64,000 nt of DNA from NCBI GenBank assembly GCA_965655095.1, contig OZ296651.1:62310001-62374000 (forward strand), written 5' to 3'. Origin of the DNA: Haplodiscus bocki (Eukaryota). A model generated the notes under the pieces. That model had not been told where the DNA came from. It saw only the letters and a program-made list of their open reading frames with translations, and did no database searches. Position numbers and translations under genes: made by a program. This document shows positions 25,115 to 39,200 of the stretch, in pieces; position 1 is the first letter of the stretch; each line of letters opens with the position of its first letter.

Positions 25115-26215
25115 GATGAAAAACAGAAATCATCTAAACAAGAATATCTTAAAAAAAGTACGTAGCTTGTAAAATTTGTAATTTTACAATTGAAACAATA
25201 ATAATGAACGCTGTTTTTTAAAAAACTTATGGTTTTAAAATGAACTTTTCAGATACTGTTTGTGGTAGAAACACAACTGATGCCAACAAGGCCAACTGTT
25301 TGAAAAGCGAACACATGTAGGAACAGCGTAGGACTCACATTAAAAAAAAACGAAAGAAAAATTGTTGATGTGTGTTTTGTAAAAGTTTTGTTAAGGTTTT
25401 TAATGAGCGTCGTCATGAGATTTAAGATGGCCGAAAAACTACTGAATATGAAAAAAATCTGGAGAGTTTCGATTTATATTTCAAATGAGACAATAAATTT
25501 GTATTTCATTGTGAAATTTGTGAAGAAGGTTTTATTGAATTGGATTATGTTATTCATTGATCCTCAATGCAACAATTGTTAATGACGATAATCCAATACC
25601 AAGTGGTGAAGAAAATTAACTTTGTTGAGTAGAATTGAGGATTCAAGATCATAATATTAATGAAAAAGAAGAATTGGAATCCAAAAACAAGTTCGATCGA
25701 AACACAAAATTGAAAAACCATATCAAACAAAAATCTTTTATAAAAATTGATTATAAAACTTGTAAAACTTGTGATTTTAAAAACAATCATATTATTGAAT
25801 TTACCTATAAAGTAACAGAGAAGCATTTTACTTGACCTACAAAACACTACTGCCGAGAGTATAATAGTTTAAAGAAAATAAATGAAACTACCCTACAAAT
25901 GCTCCGTGAAAACCGTGGAAAAATTCCACAAAACCACAACAAAAAATTATTAATTTTCGAAAGAAGGATTTATGCCAAAATCTAAATTTTGAAGTGGGAA
26001 AAAAGTTCGCAAGTGGTTCAAAAGAAGCTATTTTCTTCAAGGAAGAAAGGATAAAACAATTAGCAAAAATAAAACTATTAAAAAACCAATTTATACAGGT
26101 TATGGTAATTTGGGCAGAAGTGAAATTTTTTATGATAAATCGGTGGAAAGCAAACTACAGGACGAAAATTTTCATGAATTTAATCTTTCGTTTCATGAAA
26201 AATTCAACAAAATAA
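25115..26215 (+). pseudogene. Decayed multi-CxxC (zinc-finger-like) gene
   Basis: Fragments YVACKICNFTI (~25160), FVFHCEICEE (~25500), YKTCKTCDFK (~25750), KHYCREY (~25845). Confidence 0.45.
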
Positions 26216-27039
26216 AAGAAAAATCAGAACCTCTAAAAAACACAATGTAAAACAATTGTTTTCAGCAAAAAAACGCAAGGGTTTTTGAAAAAGAATTAAA
26301 TATAAATGAGCTTGAAGAAATTAGAGAAGATATATTTTCACCACACGAATACAATGGTGGAGCTGTAAAAGCACTTGATTTGTCTTTGTATATCTCACAA
26401 ATGGAAAATTAAAATTTCAAAGACATTGCTGTTAAAGCCACAATACAAATACCTTTTATTGGGGGTTTATTTGATCGATTTGATGAGAGAGATGAAACCT
26501 GTAGGAAATGAATAACTTTTAACGGAAAATGAAGAGATTCATTGGAGACAGTAGATGTTGAACACAAATGATGTTGATGACATTTACTGAAGTTATTAAT
26601 GATTTTAATTTGAAACAACAAGCCACATCAAGTGTAAGAAAAAAAGAATTACTGAACAATTTAGGATTCAGTACAGAAACTAACTCATGAGGCATCAAAC
26701 TTTAAACAGAAATTGTTATTTTTTATCTCATTTATTTATTTGATTGAAAAAATCTAAAACAGATTTTATATCTGCTGTTTTACATTTATATTACAGTACA
26801 CAGTGACATTGAGAAAAATGAAAATTGATCACAATGTGATAATTGTTAGTGACATAGCAAGTTTTAAACCATATGAGTCACTTCTACCAACTGATAGCAT
26901 CACAAAAAACTTGCTTGGAAAAAGCGATATAAATAAAACAAAACACAATTACACTGAGAGAATAATGGCCGACGAAAGTGAAACTTTTATGGAGAAAGTT
27001 CCTGGGAAAAGTTTTGAAGTTTTTAAATGAACTTCAGAG

Positions 27040-28090
27040 ACTCGGAAAGTTACTACTTATAAAAGCGATACTGACAAACTCTTTGATGAAACAAGAACCA
27101 GACCTCAAGAAATTTTGTTAATTGAAAAGAATAGTCCTAATGATTATTTCTCAATTTTCTCACCTATAAGTTTAGATGAAATTAGGCTTTTATATGTAAC
27201 TATCCTAAAAGTTTTTGAGTATGGTTTTGATGTAAACAAAAGAAGAACATGTTTTCAGTTTTTCACCCCAAGGGTAAAACAATGATGTTAAAACCATTGT
27301 GAAAAAATCAATTTTTCAATCATAACAAAAAACGGGAAGTATATAAATTTCAAAACATTCTAAAATAAGGAAACGAAATAAAATTTTACAACCGAGATGA
27401 AAATTAATCATATACTTTGTTAAAACTTCTTTATGAAGTACATTGGGATTCTCTACTTCACAAACTGACATCAGAAAATTGTGAAAAGAACGTTTCTGGA
27501 GTCTATGATATGATAATTGGATTGAATTTATCTTTTGACGAAATAACATCCAAAGAGTCCTCCGAACTCATAGAAAGATTTTTTCAGTACTAACAAAAAT
27601 TTATGAATAAGCAGGTTTCATTGAAACTATGAAAAACGGTTAATCATCAAGTGTGGTGGTTGATAAGGCGTTCCATGATAATACAATGAGAGCAAATAAA
27701 ATCAAGCAAACAACGAAAAACGAAGAATTGAAAATTATTGGAAAATCTTTCCTCGAAACGTTATTAGGATTTTTGGGGAGTATTTTTGGTGATATGACTC
27801 ATAGAAGTGATCGAAATACTAATTTATTTAGGCTACAAAGATTAATTTTCATTTGATTTCTGATTTTGTTAAAGCGAGTTTTTCAATGGTGTAAGCAAAG
27901 CTTTTTTGTTAAATTTCATGAGATAGACCAAGAGGGTTTAAAACATTAAAAGTTCCAGAAAAAACAGTAAAAGAAAGTAAAATACTCTCTCACTTAGAAA
28001 TTACCATTTTTTTCGAGGATGACAAGAATAATGAGGCCAACTTTAATGGCTAATTGATAACCTTTACTGTACTTTGGAGGAAAAATTAAC
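27040..28090 (+). pseudogene. Minor capsid (penton)-like gene 1, copy A (copy B ~36480-37520)
   Basis: N-terminal DTDKLFDETRTRPQE; C-terminal EDDKNNEANFNG..TFTVL, paralogous to the adjacent gene. Confidence 0.5.
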
Positions 28091-28099
28091 AAAAAAACC

Positions 28100-28895
28100 C
28101 GGGTGTGAAAAGATTTCCTCCTCAAAACAAGGCTGAGGATTTGTTACTCCCCAATACAAAAACATCGATACACTAGTTAAACAAACAAAAACAAATCCAC
28201 AAGAAACGTAAGAATAAAAAATAACAAAATCATCGGAAACCTTCTTTATTTGATAAGCCCTTGGATTCACAGGTTGATTGGATGTTAGAAATAGTTAGTT
28301 TAAAAACAGATAACTCTGTTTTCAACATAAAGGCAAAATAAACTATTTCTATTTTTTGTTTGTTGATGTCGAGCAAAAAATTAGCAGAATGATTGATAAA
28401 ACACTCTTCGAAGACGAGGATGAACAAAAGGCTGAAGATTTTAAAGATGAACGTTTAAGACAAACTGTTAATAATAGGTTAACATAAAAGAGGTTCAGTC
28501 AAGAAAGAACCTTGGTAAAATACTAAAAATAATGATGAAAGAGTAAAGTTCAGCATTTCAGATACGAAAAACTACGCAAACCTATTTACGAATATAAACA
28601 ATCCAAAATTCAAGACTTTGATAGAAGTGTTTCCTAGGACTAAAGGGAAAACCAGAGGAATTCAAAAAAGTTTTCGTACAAAGAATGAGACTAAGCGTTG
28701 TCAGAACGTCAAAACGTTTTGGTTTTGGTTTAAACATATCTCCTGCTTCTTTTGTTTCAGCCAGAAACGCAAAACATAGAGAAAAGTCAAATCTGTTCTA
28801 GATATTTTTATTTTTTACCTAAAAGATCAACTTGAAAAAAAAGTTGATTTCAGTGGAGAAACTATGACGTTCACATTACTGTTTACGAATTTTTA
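28100..28895 (+). pseudogene. Minor capsid (penton)-like gene 2, copy A (copy B ~37530-38317, copy C ~42690-43460)
   Basis: WMLEIVSLKTDNSVFNI (copy B WLLGKISVEVYNSVFNI) and C-terminal FYLKDQLEKKVDFSGETMTFTLL resemble Polinton minor-capsid termini. Confidence 0.55.
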
Positions 28896-28929
28896 AACTT
28901 TTTAAATTTCAACTTTTTTCTATTATCTA

Positions 28930-29870
28930 AATAAGGTCTCAAGAACATTTTAACACTAATTCATTTTGTGTGGTGTGCACCATCGCACTGCAATTCCTTC
29001 TATTGAAGGTGCTATAAGTTAAACAGGGCAATTAATATCAGTTGATAACTTTGCTAAACATATAAAAAATGAACAAACAGTTGTGTTTGGTATTAGCACA
29101 CAAGCTGAAGAGATAAATAAATTCTTAAAATTATAGGAAAAACTTCTGCTAAAGCTGATAAAAAACTGGCAACTAATATAATGAAAAAGCCTGGAAAAGA
29201 GCTAGAGATTGGTTTGAAAGTTAGTAGTCCTCCTGTATTTGAAATACCTGAGGCACATTTATCTACCATACCACAATTTATCAAGATAAATTATACATGG
29301 AAAGGGCTCGATCTTGGGAATTTTGAGTAGATACAAGTATAAATACATTTTCATAGATATACAAACGTGTGCTACTAAGTTTTTTCCTTGTGCTCCATTA
29401 GAACCAAATAGAAATTTTGTAGTGAGGAAAAAGGAAAATAAAGGATGTAGACATTTTTAAAAAATCTTTTAGGAATCTTATAGAAATGATTACCTACTTC
29501 AAAGTTGAAAACCGTAAAACAATAAGGAAATGGGAAGCTTTTGGAGATTTCTCTACTAAATGGAAAACATTTGATAATTCTTTTTTATTTTTGCCACGAC
29601 TTCCAGTACCGTTTTCTGTAGTTGGTTTCGGATTGATAGTCTTACAACTTTCAGCCGGAACCGCCTGTGAATTAAGATTGACTGATAAAATTCGAACGAT
29701 CTACTTTTGAGGAAAAACAACATTCAAAAGAATTTTTTGACAAAGCTCAACAAACTAAAAGTTCCTTTGATAACGTATATAAAAAATAGGTACAAGACAA
29801 CCTGGTTGATTATAACAATAGAATTCTATTTGCAATAAATTTACAAAAAAAGAAATGAAATCAAAAGAGT
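28930..29870 (+). pseudogene. Two small Polinton genes: basic/amphipathic core-like protein and hydrophobic-segment protein (copies at ~38350-39150 and ~43505-44440)
   Basis: IGKTSAKADKKLATNIMKKPGKELEIG; then TKFFPCAP and MITYFK..SVVGFGLIVLQLSAGTAC; collinear in three copies. Confidence 0.4.
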
Positions 29871-30229
29871 TTTTTTTATAAATCGGCTGAGCTGACCGTT
29901 CGCGAAATGAACTTAACACTATAAACACAAACTTTGTAGCAAAAACGAAATACAAAAACATGTCGTTCTGTGAGTGAAGCTCTTTCAGCTTCTTGTTGCT
30001 TTGACCCACGCTAAAAATCCAGCCGAAACGAACCTCGAACAAAGACTAAAACCCGTTTTCGGTTTTTCAAATAGCTCTTTGTAGTTTTGTACAGAACGTA
30101 AAAATGTTTTAGAAGGTGATCTATTCTAGAAAAAATTAAAAACTACTTGTAAGGATTTTTCAAAGAAGAAAAATAAATTGCTTTTTTGTGAGAAACTATA
30201 TGATAAAAATTGGTTTTGAGGCCATTAAT

Positions 30230-30798
30230 GTGAAATAAATACCTTTTTTAATAATAAAACTTCGATTGCAGGTCTTTTTCTTACAGTAAAGTTTAACTTA
30301 TGTCAAAAAACAAAACTTGTTTTCAATAGAGGTGTTTTTTGCCATAACCAAATCACCTGCTAAGTTTAATGACGAATTTAATACTGAACAGAAAATGTAG
30401 TAATTGAAAATGAAGGTGGTATTGTAACTTTTGATGATATTAGTTTCTGCTCAGCAAAAACGTGATCCATTTTTCAAACGAGAATGTCAGAATGGTTTAG
30501 ATGTTTAGTATTTATCTCTATCAAGTTTTGATAAACCAGAAAGGACTACAAAGAGAACAGTAAATTAACTTTTTTGTCTAAGAAAGCTTTTAAAGTTGTG
30601 GAAAACATTGTAGGTATTGCAGGATGTGATATGAGCTATGGTGAATTGAAAGATCTTTGTAGAGGAGCATGGAAAGATCAAGATTGAAAAGTTTTTTTTG
30701 ACAGAACTAAGAAGAAATATGAGAAAAAAGTGTTTATTTGTAACGGAAGTAGACTAGGATTTTACATAAATTTTGTATCAGAAACAAATCTTTTTTAA
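30230..30798 (+). pseudogene. FtsK/HerA-type (A32-like) packaging ATPase, copy A
   Basis: Decayed Walker A; Walker B GIVTFDDI (~30420); FFKRECQNGLDV.YLS; IAGCDMSYGELKDLCRGAWKD. Confidence 0.7.
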
Positions 30799-30802
30799 GA
30801 AC

Positions 30803-31630
30803 ATGGATATGTTGTTAAATTCAATTAGAAACTACGATGACCCCTAATTGCTTCAAAAGAGGATAACGTGCAATCACAAATAAACAATGTACGTTTAATA
30901 GAAACTTTGAGTAAGCAGAATCGTTATTAGGGTTCACAAAAAAATTTTGAGCAAGTTACCAGAAGTTATCAAAGATACAAATAATGACTTTTTTAAAGCG
31001 AGTCAATCAACCAGAACAGCAATTGACGAACTGATTGATTCAAGTGTCTATGTAAAAGATTCAGAGATGATGAAGCAAATTCAGATTTTTGATGGCTTTT
31101 CAATGAGACTTTTAACTAACCTTATCAGACCAGAAAAAAATGTCAATTCGGATTGTAAGATGATTCAAACGGTAATTGGAGAGAATTTATCATGAATGGT
31201 AGAAAACTTTTGATACAGGTCGATTTTTAGAAGGAGTGGTAAAAATTTATCTGTGAAAGGATCCAGTAAAAATTAACTGACTTTATATTCAATGAACCAA
31301 ATCCACCAGATGCAAAAAAATTCATTGATTCTTTATATGAAATGATTTTTATCAAGATGCTCTAGGTAATGAATGCACTAGAAAGAAATTGTTGGGGAAA
31401 CATTAAGACAATGGAAGACGATTGTTTGCATCGGGGTTCATTTTTCTCCCCTTAGAATCCAAATGATAAAAGGGGTAGATTAGGTTGGATAAAACAAGAA
31501 AGAAATGGTGGAACTGATACTAGTAACAGTGATGAAGAAATGGTTGCTGAAAATGATAAGTTATCCGGTTACAAACTTTTACCCACAAGCCAACACAAAA
31601 TTATTTTCTTGAAATTTTATATAAAATAAA
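30803..31630 (+). pseudogene. Conserved Polinton protein with C-terminal PN(D/E)L..RL.L motif (copies ~39352-40175, ~45374-46190)
   Basis: Copy C ORF 45990..46187: FFIPENPNDLWDRLRLIMQEQIVG..DDEI; collinear in three copies. Confidence 0.55.
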
Positions 31631-31631
31631 A

Positions 31632-34600
31632 ATTGTTTAAGTCAGCCGAAAATTCTGAGCGTGATCGTTACTGAAGTCAGGGAGAAGTATCAATTGAAGC
31701 AGGCGATCCTTTGGCAACGAACAATATCGGCAACGTTTCAACTGAGAAATTTTATAAAAAGTGTTTTTGGGTTTGCTGAACATGAAGAGGTTGCTACATA
31801 TGGGTTAGAAACCAAGTCAACTTTGAAACACAGTACTGATAATGACGCAATAACTAGAGTTGCTGCTTGTGTTACGCAAAAAACTTTAAAAAATGTATCA
31901 TTTGGTTTGTGCCTTTTTATACCTCAAATAACCCTCAAAATTGTTTATCGGAAACTTTTGTATCCAGAGCGCCAACTGAAAACACTACATTGAAAAATCT
32001 TTTTTTGAAGAGCTGTAAGCAAACAGATTGATTTGAACTTTAAAAGACGCGTTGAAATTAGAATTGATTTTCCGTTTTGGGTTATTGTTGATTTCCAACA
32101 GAGAGTTTAGAGGAAAAATCCAGAACATAAAGAAAAACTTTTTACCAGACTGCCTGTCTCATGTTCTGAAATTATTCTCACTACTTAAAGAGATCCCGAC
32201 AATGGCATAATTTTTTATTAAAATGATAAGATTAATCAAAAGGCTGCGGATAATTTGTTGCATGTTTTAGACATTTAACCCTAAGATAATCACTTATCCA
32301 ATGTCCCCATGTAGTAAAAAATGTTTCTAGGTGTCAGAAGAAGACAATTTGTCTGTTTGATGTACGTTACCAAAAAAAGATTCTACACCACAAATAATGA
32401 GAGTGAAATTTTGATTGACAGGTGATGTTGACGTTAATAGTTATGTTGATTGTGCTCTTGTATTAACAAATAAAAACATATCAATTGTCAGTGACGGGCA
32501 AAGCATTTGGACTTTATCTAATTTTTATGTAACTTTCTATTTTTCTTCCACGGTTCTTTTGTGTTTTTCCTAACAAAGCTTCGTTTTATTTTTCAGGCAA
32601 GTTGTTTTAAGACAAGATGATTTTTATTCATCAAGATCTTCTGTAATTGAGAAGTATCAGCTGGAGCAGGCAGTCCCTTGGCAACAAACAGCATCGGAAT
32701 TGTTTCAAGATAGAGTTTATATATTAGGTGTTTTTGGTTTTGCTGAACAAGAAGACAAGGTTACGTATGCGTTAGGATACAAGTTAACTCTGAAAGGAAA
32801 TTCTGATAATGACGCATTAAAAAGAGATGCTGCTACTGCTAATGCAAAAGCTTTATGAAACGCTATCATTTGGTTTTGTCCATTTATATACTCCAAATAG
32901 AACTCAAAAGTTTTTATCGGAGCCTTTCGTATCCAGAGCGCCAACTGAAATACACTACAATGAATGATCTGTTTTTCGAAAAGATGTAAACGAACAAATT
33001 GTTTGAAAAAATGAATCAGGAGTTTAAAAGGAAATTGATTTGCTATATTTCAAATTTATTGGTTTCCCAGACAGAGTTTGAAGTCTTAATCCAGAACATA
33101 AAAAAAATTCTTCTGCCAGACAGCCTGTTTCATGTGCTCAATATTTTCATACTACTTAACAAAATCCCGATGCTGGCATAATTTCAAACTATGATGATAT
33201 GATTAACCACAAGGTTGTGGAAAAGTTGTTTCATGTTTTAGATATTTAACTAAGGATAGTGTCTTGTGTCCTCATATATTACAAGATGTTTTCAAATTTC
33301 AGAAAAAAAACAGTTTGTATGTTTGGATGCACGTTACCAAAAAAAAGTTCCTAGAACAAAACAATGAAAGCAAATTTTGCATTGACAGGTGTTGATGACG
33401 TTGGTAGTTGTGTTGATTGTGCTCTTCTTTTAACATTTCAGAACATTTCAATTAGCAGTGACGGGCAAAGACATTTAGATTTTATCTAATTTTGATGTTT
33501 CACGTAATCTTTAATTTTTCTTCCATGGTTTTTATTGTTTCCTTAACAAAGCTTCGTTTTAACTCTCAGGCAGGTTGATTCTAAGATGAAAACATACTTT
33601 GTCATCAATATCTTTAGTAATTCAGAAATATCTACTGGAGCAGGAAATACTTCGGCAACGAACAGTATCTGAAGTATTTCAACTGAAAAATTCTAAATTG
33701 GGTGTTTTTGGTTTTGCTGAACATGAAGAAAATGCTACATATGGGTTATGATACAAGTTAACTCTGAAACAAAGTACTGATAATGACGCAATAGAAAAGA
33801 TGCTGCTACTGTTAATGCGAAAGGGAAAATTATCTCTCGGTTTGTTGCTTTACAAACTCCAAGTAGTACTCAGAAACTATTATCGGAACATTTTGTATGC
33901 AGAGCGCCAGCTGAAATACACTACAGTGAAAGATCTGTTTTTCGGAAGGCTGTAAACGAACAATGTTTTTGGAAAATTGAATCAGGCGTTTTTAAGGAAA
34001 TTGATTTGCCGCTTTTCAATACTAATGGTTTGCCAGACAGAGTTTGGAGTCTTAATCTAGAACATCGAAAAGAATTTTCTGCCAAACTGGCTGTCTCATG
34101 TGCTCAATATAATCTTACTACTTAGAAAAATCCCGATGCTGCCATAAATTCAACGTATAATGATATGGATATTCACAAGATTCTAGAAAATTTGTTTCAA
34201 ACTTTAGATTTTTAACTGAAGATAATATCTTATGTCCTGTTGTAATACAAGATGTTCCCAGATTTTAGAAAAAAGACAATTTGTATGTTTTGATAAACGT
34301 TACCATAAAAAAATTTCACAACCAAACAACAATGGAAGTAATTTTCAAATTGACAGGTGATGTTGACATTGGTGGTTATGTTGATTGTGCTTTTGTGATA
34401 ACAAATAAGAGCATATCCTTTAGCAGTGAAGGGCAAAGGCATTTAGACTTTATCTAACATTAGTTTTTGTAAAACTTTCATTTTCTCCTCCATGGTTATA
34501 GCTGTTTTGCTTAACAGAGCTTCATTTTAACTTTCTTGGAAGTCATTCATAATTGAGAAGTATCACGTGGAGCAGGCAATCTTCTGGCAATGAACCACTT

Positions 34601-35480
34601 TTGAATTGTTCCAGCTAAAAAATTAAAATATACGTGCTTTTGGTTTTGCTGAACGTGAATACAATGCTGGATATGGTTTAGTATACAAGTTTATTTTGAA
34701 ACCAAACACTGATATTGACGCAATAAAAAGAGTTGCTGCTACTGCTGATGCAAAAATTTTAATAAAAGTTTTCATTTGCTTTGTCCTTTTTACACTCCCG
34801 TTAGAACTCAAAGAATATCATCGTAACATGTCGTATCCAGAGCGCCAACTGAAACTCACTACATTGAAAGATCTGTTTTTCGAAAAGATGTAAACAAACA
34901 AATTGTTTGGAAAAATGAATCAAGATTTTGAAAGGAAAAAGGTTTGCTGTTTTTCAAAATTATTGGTTTCCCAGACAGATTTTGGAGTCCTAATCCAGAA
35001 CATAGAAAAGATTTTTTGCCACACTGCCTGTCTAATGTGCTCAATAGATTCATACTACTTAAAAAACTTCCGATGCCGGCATAAATATAAATTATATTTG
35101 TATGCTTTTTCACAAGGTTGTGGAGAACTTGTTCCAAGTTATAGATATTTAACTGAAGATAATATCTTGTGTCCTCTCATAATAAAAGATGTTTTCAGAT
35201 TTCAAAAAAAGTTTTGTATATTTTGATGCAAGTTACCAGTAAAAGTTTCTACATCCAAACAACGGAAGTAATTTTCACACTGACAGGTGATGTTGACGTC
35301 GGTAGTTGAGTTGATTGTGCTCTTGTTTTAACAAATCGGAACGTATCATTTAGCAGTGACGGGCAAAGTCATTTAGACTTTATCTAATTTTGATGTTTCG
35401 TTTAATCTATAATTTTTCTTTCATGGTTTTTATTGTTTTCTTAACAAAGCTTCGCTTTAACTCTGAAGCAAGTTGATTTT
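31632..35480 (+). repeat. Four tandem copies (periods 968, 968, 930 bp) of a major-capsid C-terminal part plus integrase 3' tip
   Basis: Each copy has VFGFAEH..TYG..LTLK...DNDAI.R.AA and ends ISSDGQRHLDFI* or similar (stops end at 32521, 33489, 34457, 35387). Confidence 0.85.
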
Positions 35481-35849
35481 AAGAAATGCTGTCATTTGAT
35501 TTGTCACTTTTTTTACTCTTAATTGAAGAAAATGTTGTAAAAAACCCAAGTGGTTGTAGAGAAGAACTAAACATAAACGAGACTGAAGAACTTAGAGAAG
35601 TTAATCTTTCACAACACGAACAAACATAGGGAGCCGTAAAAGCATGTGTTAGGTTTTTTTTTAAACTTACAAATAGAAAATAAAAAACAAAGGAATTTTT
35701 GTTAAAGCCACCATAAAAATACTTTATAATGGTGTTCTGTTTGGTAGATTTGATAACAAAGAAGAAATTTTTAGTGATTACATCACTTTTAACAAAAAAC
35801 GAAGAGACACTTTGGAGACCCAAAACGTTGAAAACAAATTAAGGTGGTG

Positions 35850-36235
35850 ACATTTTTTTGAGTTTGTTTTTGAAATTAGTTTAAAAACACAAGCGACATC
35901 AATTATAAAACAAATTACCGGCCAAATTATGTTTTAATACAGAAATAACTCAAAAGACGTCAAATTTCAAACAAAAGATGGTATTATTAATCTCTATTCC
36001 ATCGAATGCATACACTGGGTAGCATACATGACTGAATTTCGTTGTGATTTTAGTGGATGTCCACCACCGACTTTTACATCTGATTTTAGCTTTCTAGGAA
36101 AGGGATAATGCATGTTTTTCGGACATAAGATACAGAGAGGGGGCAGGAATTGTGCTGCATATTGTTGATAAAATCTTTGCTTAACTAAAGGAAATTAAAA
36201 TAGATTTTTATATCTCCTGTTTCACCTTGATTTTA
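35850..36235 (+). pseudogene. Adenain-like cysteine protease
   Basis: KDGIINLYSIECIHWVAYMTEFRCDFSGCPPP (35974-36069) and KIQRGGRNCAAYC (36127-36165) give the H-D-Q-C catalytic pattern. Confidence 0.8.
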
Positions 36236-39200
36236 TAATAAACATGGACATTGAGAAAAAACAAAATTGGTCACAATGTGATAATTCTTAGGGACTGAGC
36301 AAGTGTAAAACCAAAGAGTCACTTCTAACAACCGATAGCGTCACAGACAAAAAGCTTCGAAGGGGCGACATAAATAAAACTAAATACAAATACAATTGAA
36401 AAATAATTGCTGCAGAACTTGAAAACTTTATGGAGAAAATGTCCCGTAAAGGATTGGAAGATATTAATTGAACTTGTGAAACTCAGAAGATTTGCTACGT
36501 TTAAATGAAACCGATACTGACAAACTCATTGAAGAAACAAAAACAAGACCTTAAGAAATTCTGTTAAATAAAAAAAAGTAGTCCTCATGAATAAATCTCA
36601 ATTTTCTCACCTATAAGTTTAGAAGAATTTTGGCTTTTTTATGCGACTCTCTTAAAAGTTTTGGAATCTGGTTTCGATATGAAAAAGGAACATGTTTTTA
36701 GTTTTTCAAACCAAGGTCATTAAAATGATCTTAAAACCATTATTAAAATCAATTTTTCAATCATAAAAAAAAGAAAGTATGAAATGTTCAACAAATTTTA
36801 AAGTATAGAAAGGAAATAAAATTTGAAAAATGAGATGACAATTACTCCTTTACTTTGTCGCATCTTCTTTATGAAGTACAGGGGGATTTTTTACTTCAAA
36901 AATTGACATCAGAAAAAAATGGATTGAACTTTTCTGAAATCCATGATTTGGTAATTGGATTGAAAATAAGTTTCGGACAAAACAATATCCAAAAAGCGAT
37001 TAAACTCATAGAAAACTTTTTTTTTCTTTTGCACCAGGTGCCTATGAAGTACCAGGGTTTAAAAAAACTATGATAAGCACTTTAATATCAATTATGGTGA
37101 TTGATATGGCGGTTGATGATATTACAATGAGAAGAAATCTAAAGAAGCAAAGAACCAAAAAAGAAGAACTAAAATTAATAGAAAATGTTTTTCCGAAACA
37201 ATATTAGGATTTTTGGGGAGTGTATATGGTGAAAAGACTCATGGAATTGATAGAAAAACCAAATTATTTAGGCTAGAAGGAAAAAAGTTCCATTGAGGTT
37301 GTGTTAAAGGTAGTTTTATGAGTGGTGTAAGAAAAGCTTTTTCTTTTGTTTTTCATGAGATAAACCAATAGGGTCTAGAAAAGTCAACGATCCAAAAATA
37401 GACAGTGAAAATAGTAAAGAAGTCTCTCATCGAAAATTTATCATTTTAATCGGAGGATGATAAGATTAATCAGATCATTTTTACTGGCTAAACTCTAACC
37501 TTTACTGTACTTCTGATAATACAAGTCCGGGATATAAAATACCTACTCCTTAAAACAAAACTTAGGACTTGTTGACTATTAAATTAAAAAAACCGATCAT
37601 TAAATTCTACAAACAAAGAAGCCCATAAAAATTAGAATTTAAAATTACAAAAGTCATCAGGAACTTTCATTATTTGATACTCCCTTGGAATTCGAAGGTG
37701 AATGGTTGTTAGGAAAAATCAGTGTAGAAGTATATAACTCTGTTTTCAATATAAAAGAAAAATATAAGAAACCTAATTTTTTTCGATGATATTGAGCATG
37801 AAAATAGCAGGAGAATTGATAAACAATCTTTGAGTCAAAGATGAAAAAAAATTTGAAGTTATCAAAGATGAACGATTATGACTATTTTTAATGCGTTCAG
37901 ATAGAAGATGTTTAGGCAAGGCAATGCCTCTGAAAAATATTAAAAATAACTGATGAAGAAGTTGAGTTCAGCATTTCAGATAAAAAAGAACTAAAAAAAC
38001 TTAATTACGGCTATAAACAATCCACAATTCAAGACTCTGGTAGTGCAGGTTCCTAGAACTAAAAGGGGCACCGCAGGAAAATAGTTTTATGTTTGTAAAA
38101 AAAATCAGACTATACGTTGTCGTGGAGCCAAAACTTTTCAGTTTTGATTCAAACCAACATCCTGCTTTCAAGTTTTCAACGCCAGAAACATTACAATTTG
38201 AAAAAAAATCAAGTCTGTTTTAGATATTATTACTATTCACTTAGAAGATCAACTTAAAATTGAAGTTGATTTTAGTGTAGAAATTTTGACGGTCACCTTA
38301 CTGTTAATCAAAATTTAAAGGTTCTACTTCTCAACTTTTTTGTATTCTCTGAATAATGTCTCTTGAAAAATTTAACGCTAAGTCATTTTGTGTCTTTTGC
38401 GCCATCGCACTGCTATTATATCTTTTGAAGGTGATATAATTGAAACGGCAAATAATACTAAACCAGCAACTAATGTTTTGGAACAGCCCTAGAGATTAGT
38501 GTGAAAGTTATTGGTGCACCTGTTTCTGGAAAACCGGAGTCAACTTTAGCTACATAACCAAAAGTGATCAGATTTAGTCATACAGGGAAAGGGTTTTTTC
38601 TTAAAAATTTTGTGTCGTTGCAAAATTAATTACATTTTCATAGATTAAAAAAAAGGTTACAACTAAATCTTTTCTAAGTGCTCCGTCAGAATATTATCAT
38701 TTTTGAAGAGACTTTGAAAAGGCAAATGAAGAATTAAAACAGCTTGAAAAATTAATTTAACAATCTTACAGAAAAAATTACCAACTTCAAATATTAAAAT
38801 CGTAAATCACTAAAGAGACAGGAAGTTTTCGAAGCCTTATCTACTGAATTGAAATCAATTGAGATTTGAATAGTTTTTGCTACAAATTCCACTACTGTAA
38901 CGTTATCTGCAAGTGGTTTTTGATTGACAGTCATACAACGTTCAACCGGATTCGCTCGTGGTTTAGGATTGACTGATATCTTTCATAAGAACTAGCTTTG
39001 AAATAAATCTCTAAAGAAAACATTATGAACGAGCTCAACAAACTAAAAGCACTTTTAATAATATTATATAGAAAAAATTACAAGTCATTTTGGTTACTAG
39101 AAACAATAGAATTTTTTGTGTAAAAAGTTTATAAAAAAATAAATGAAATGAAAATAGCTTGTTTTTCGAAAAAAGTTGGCTTAACTGACCGTTTGCGAAA

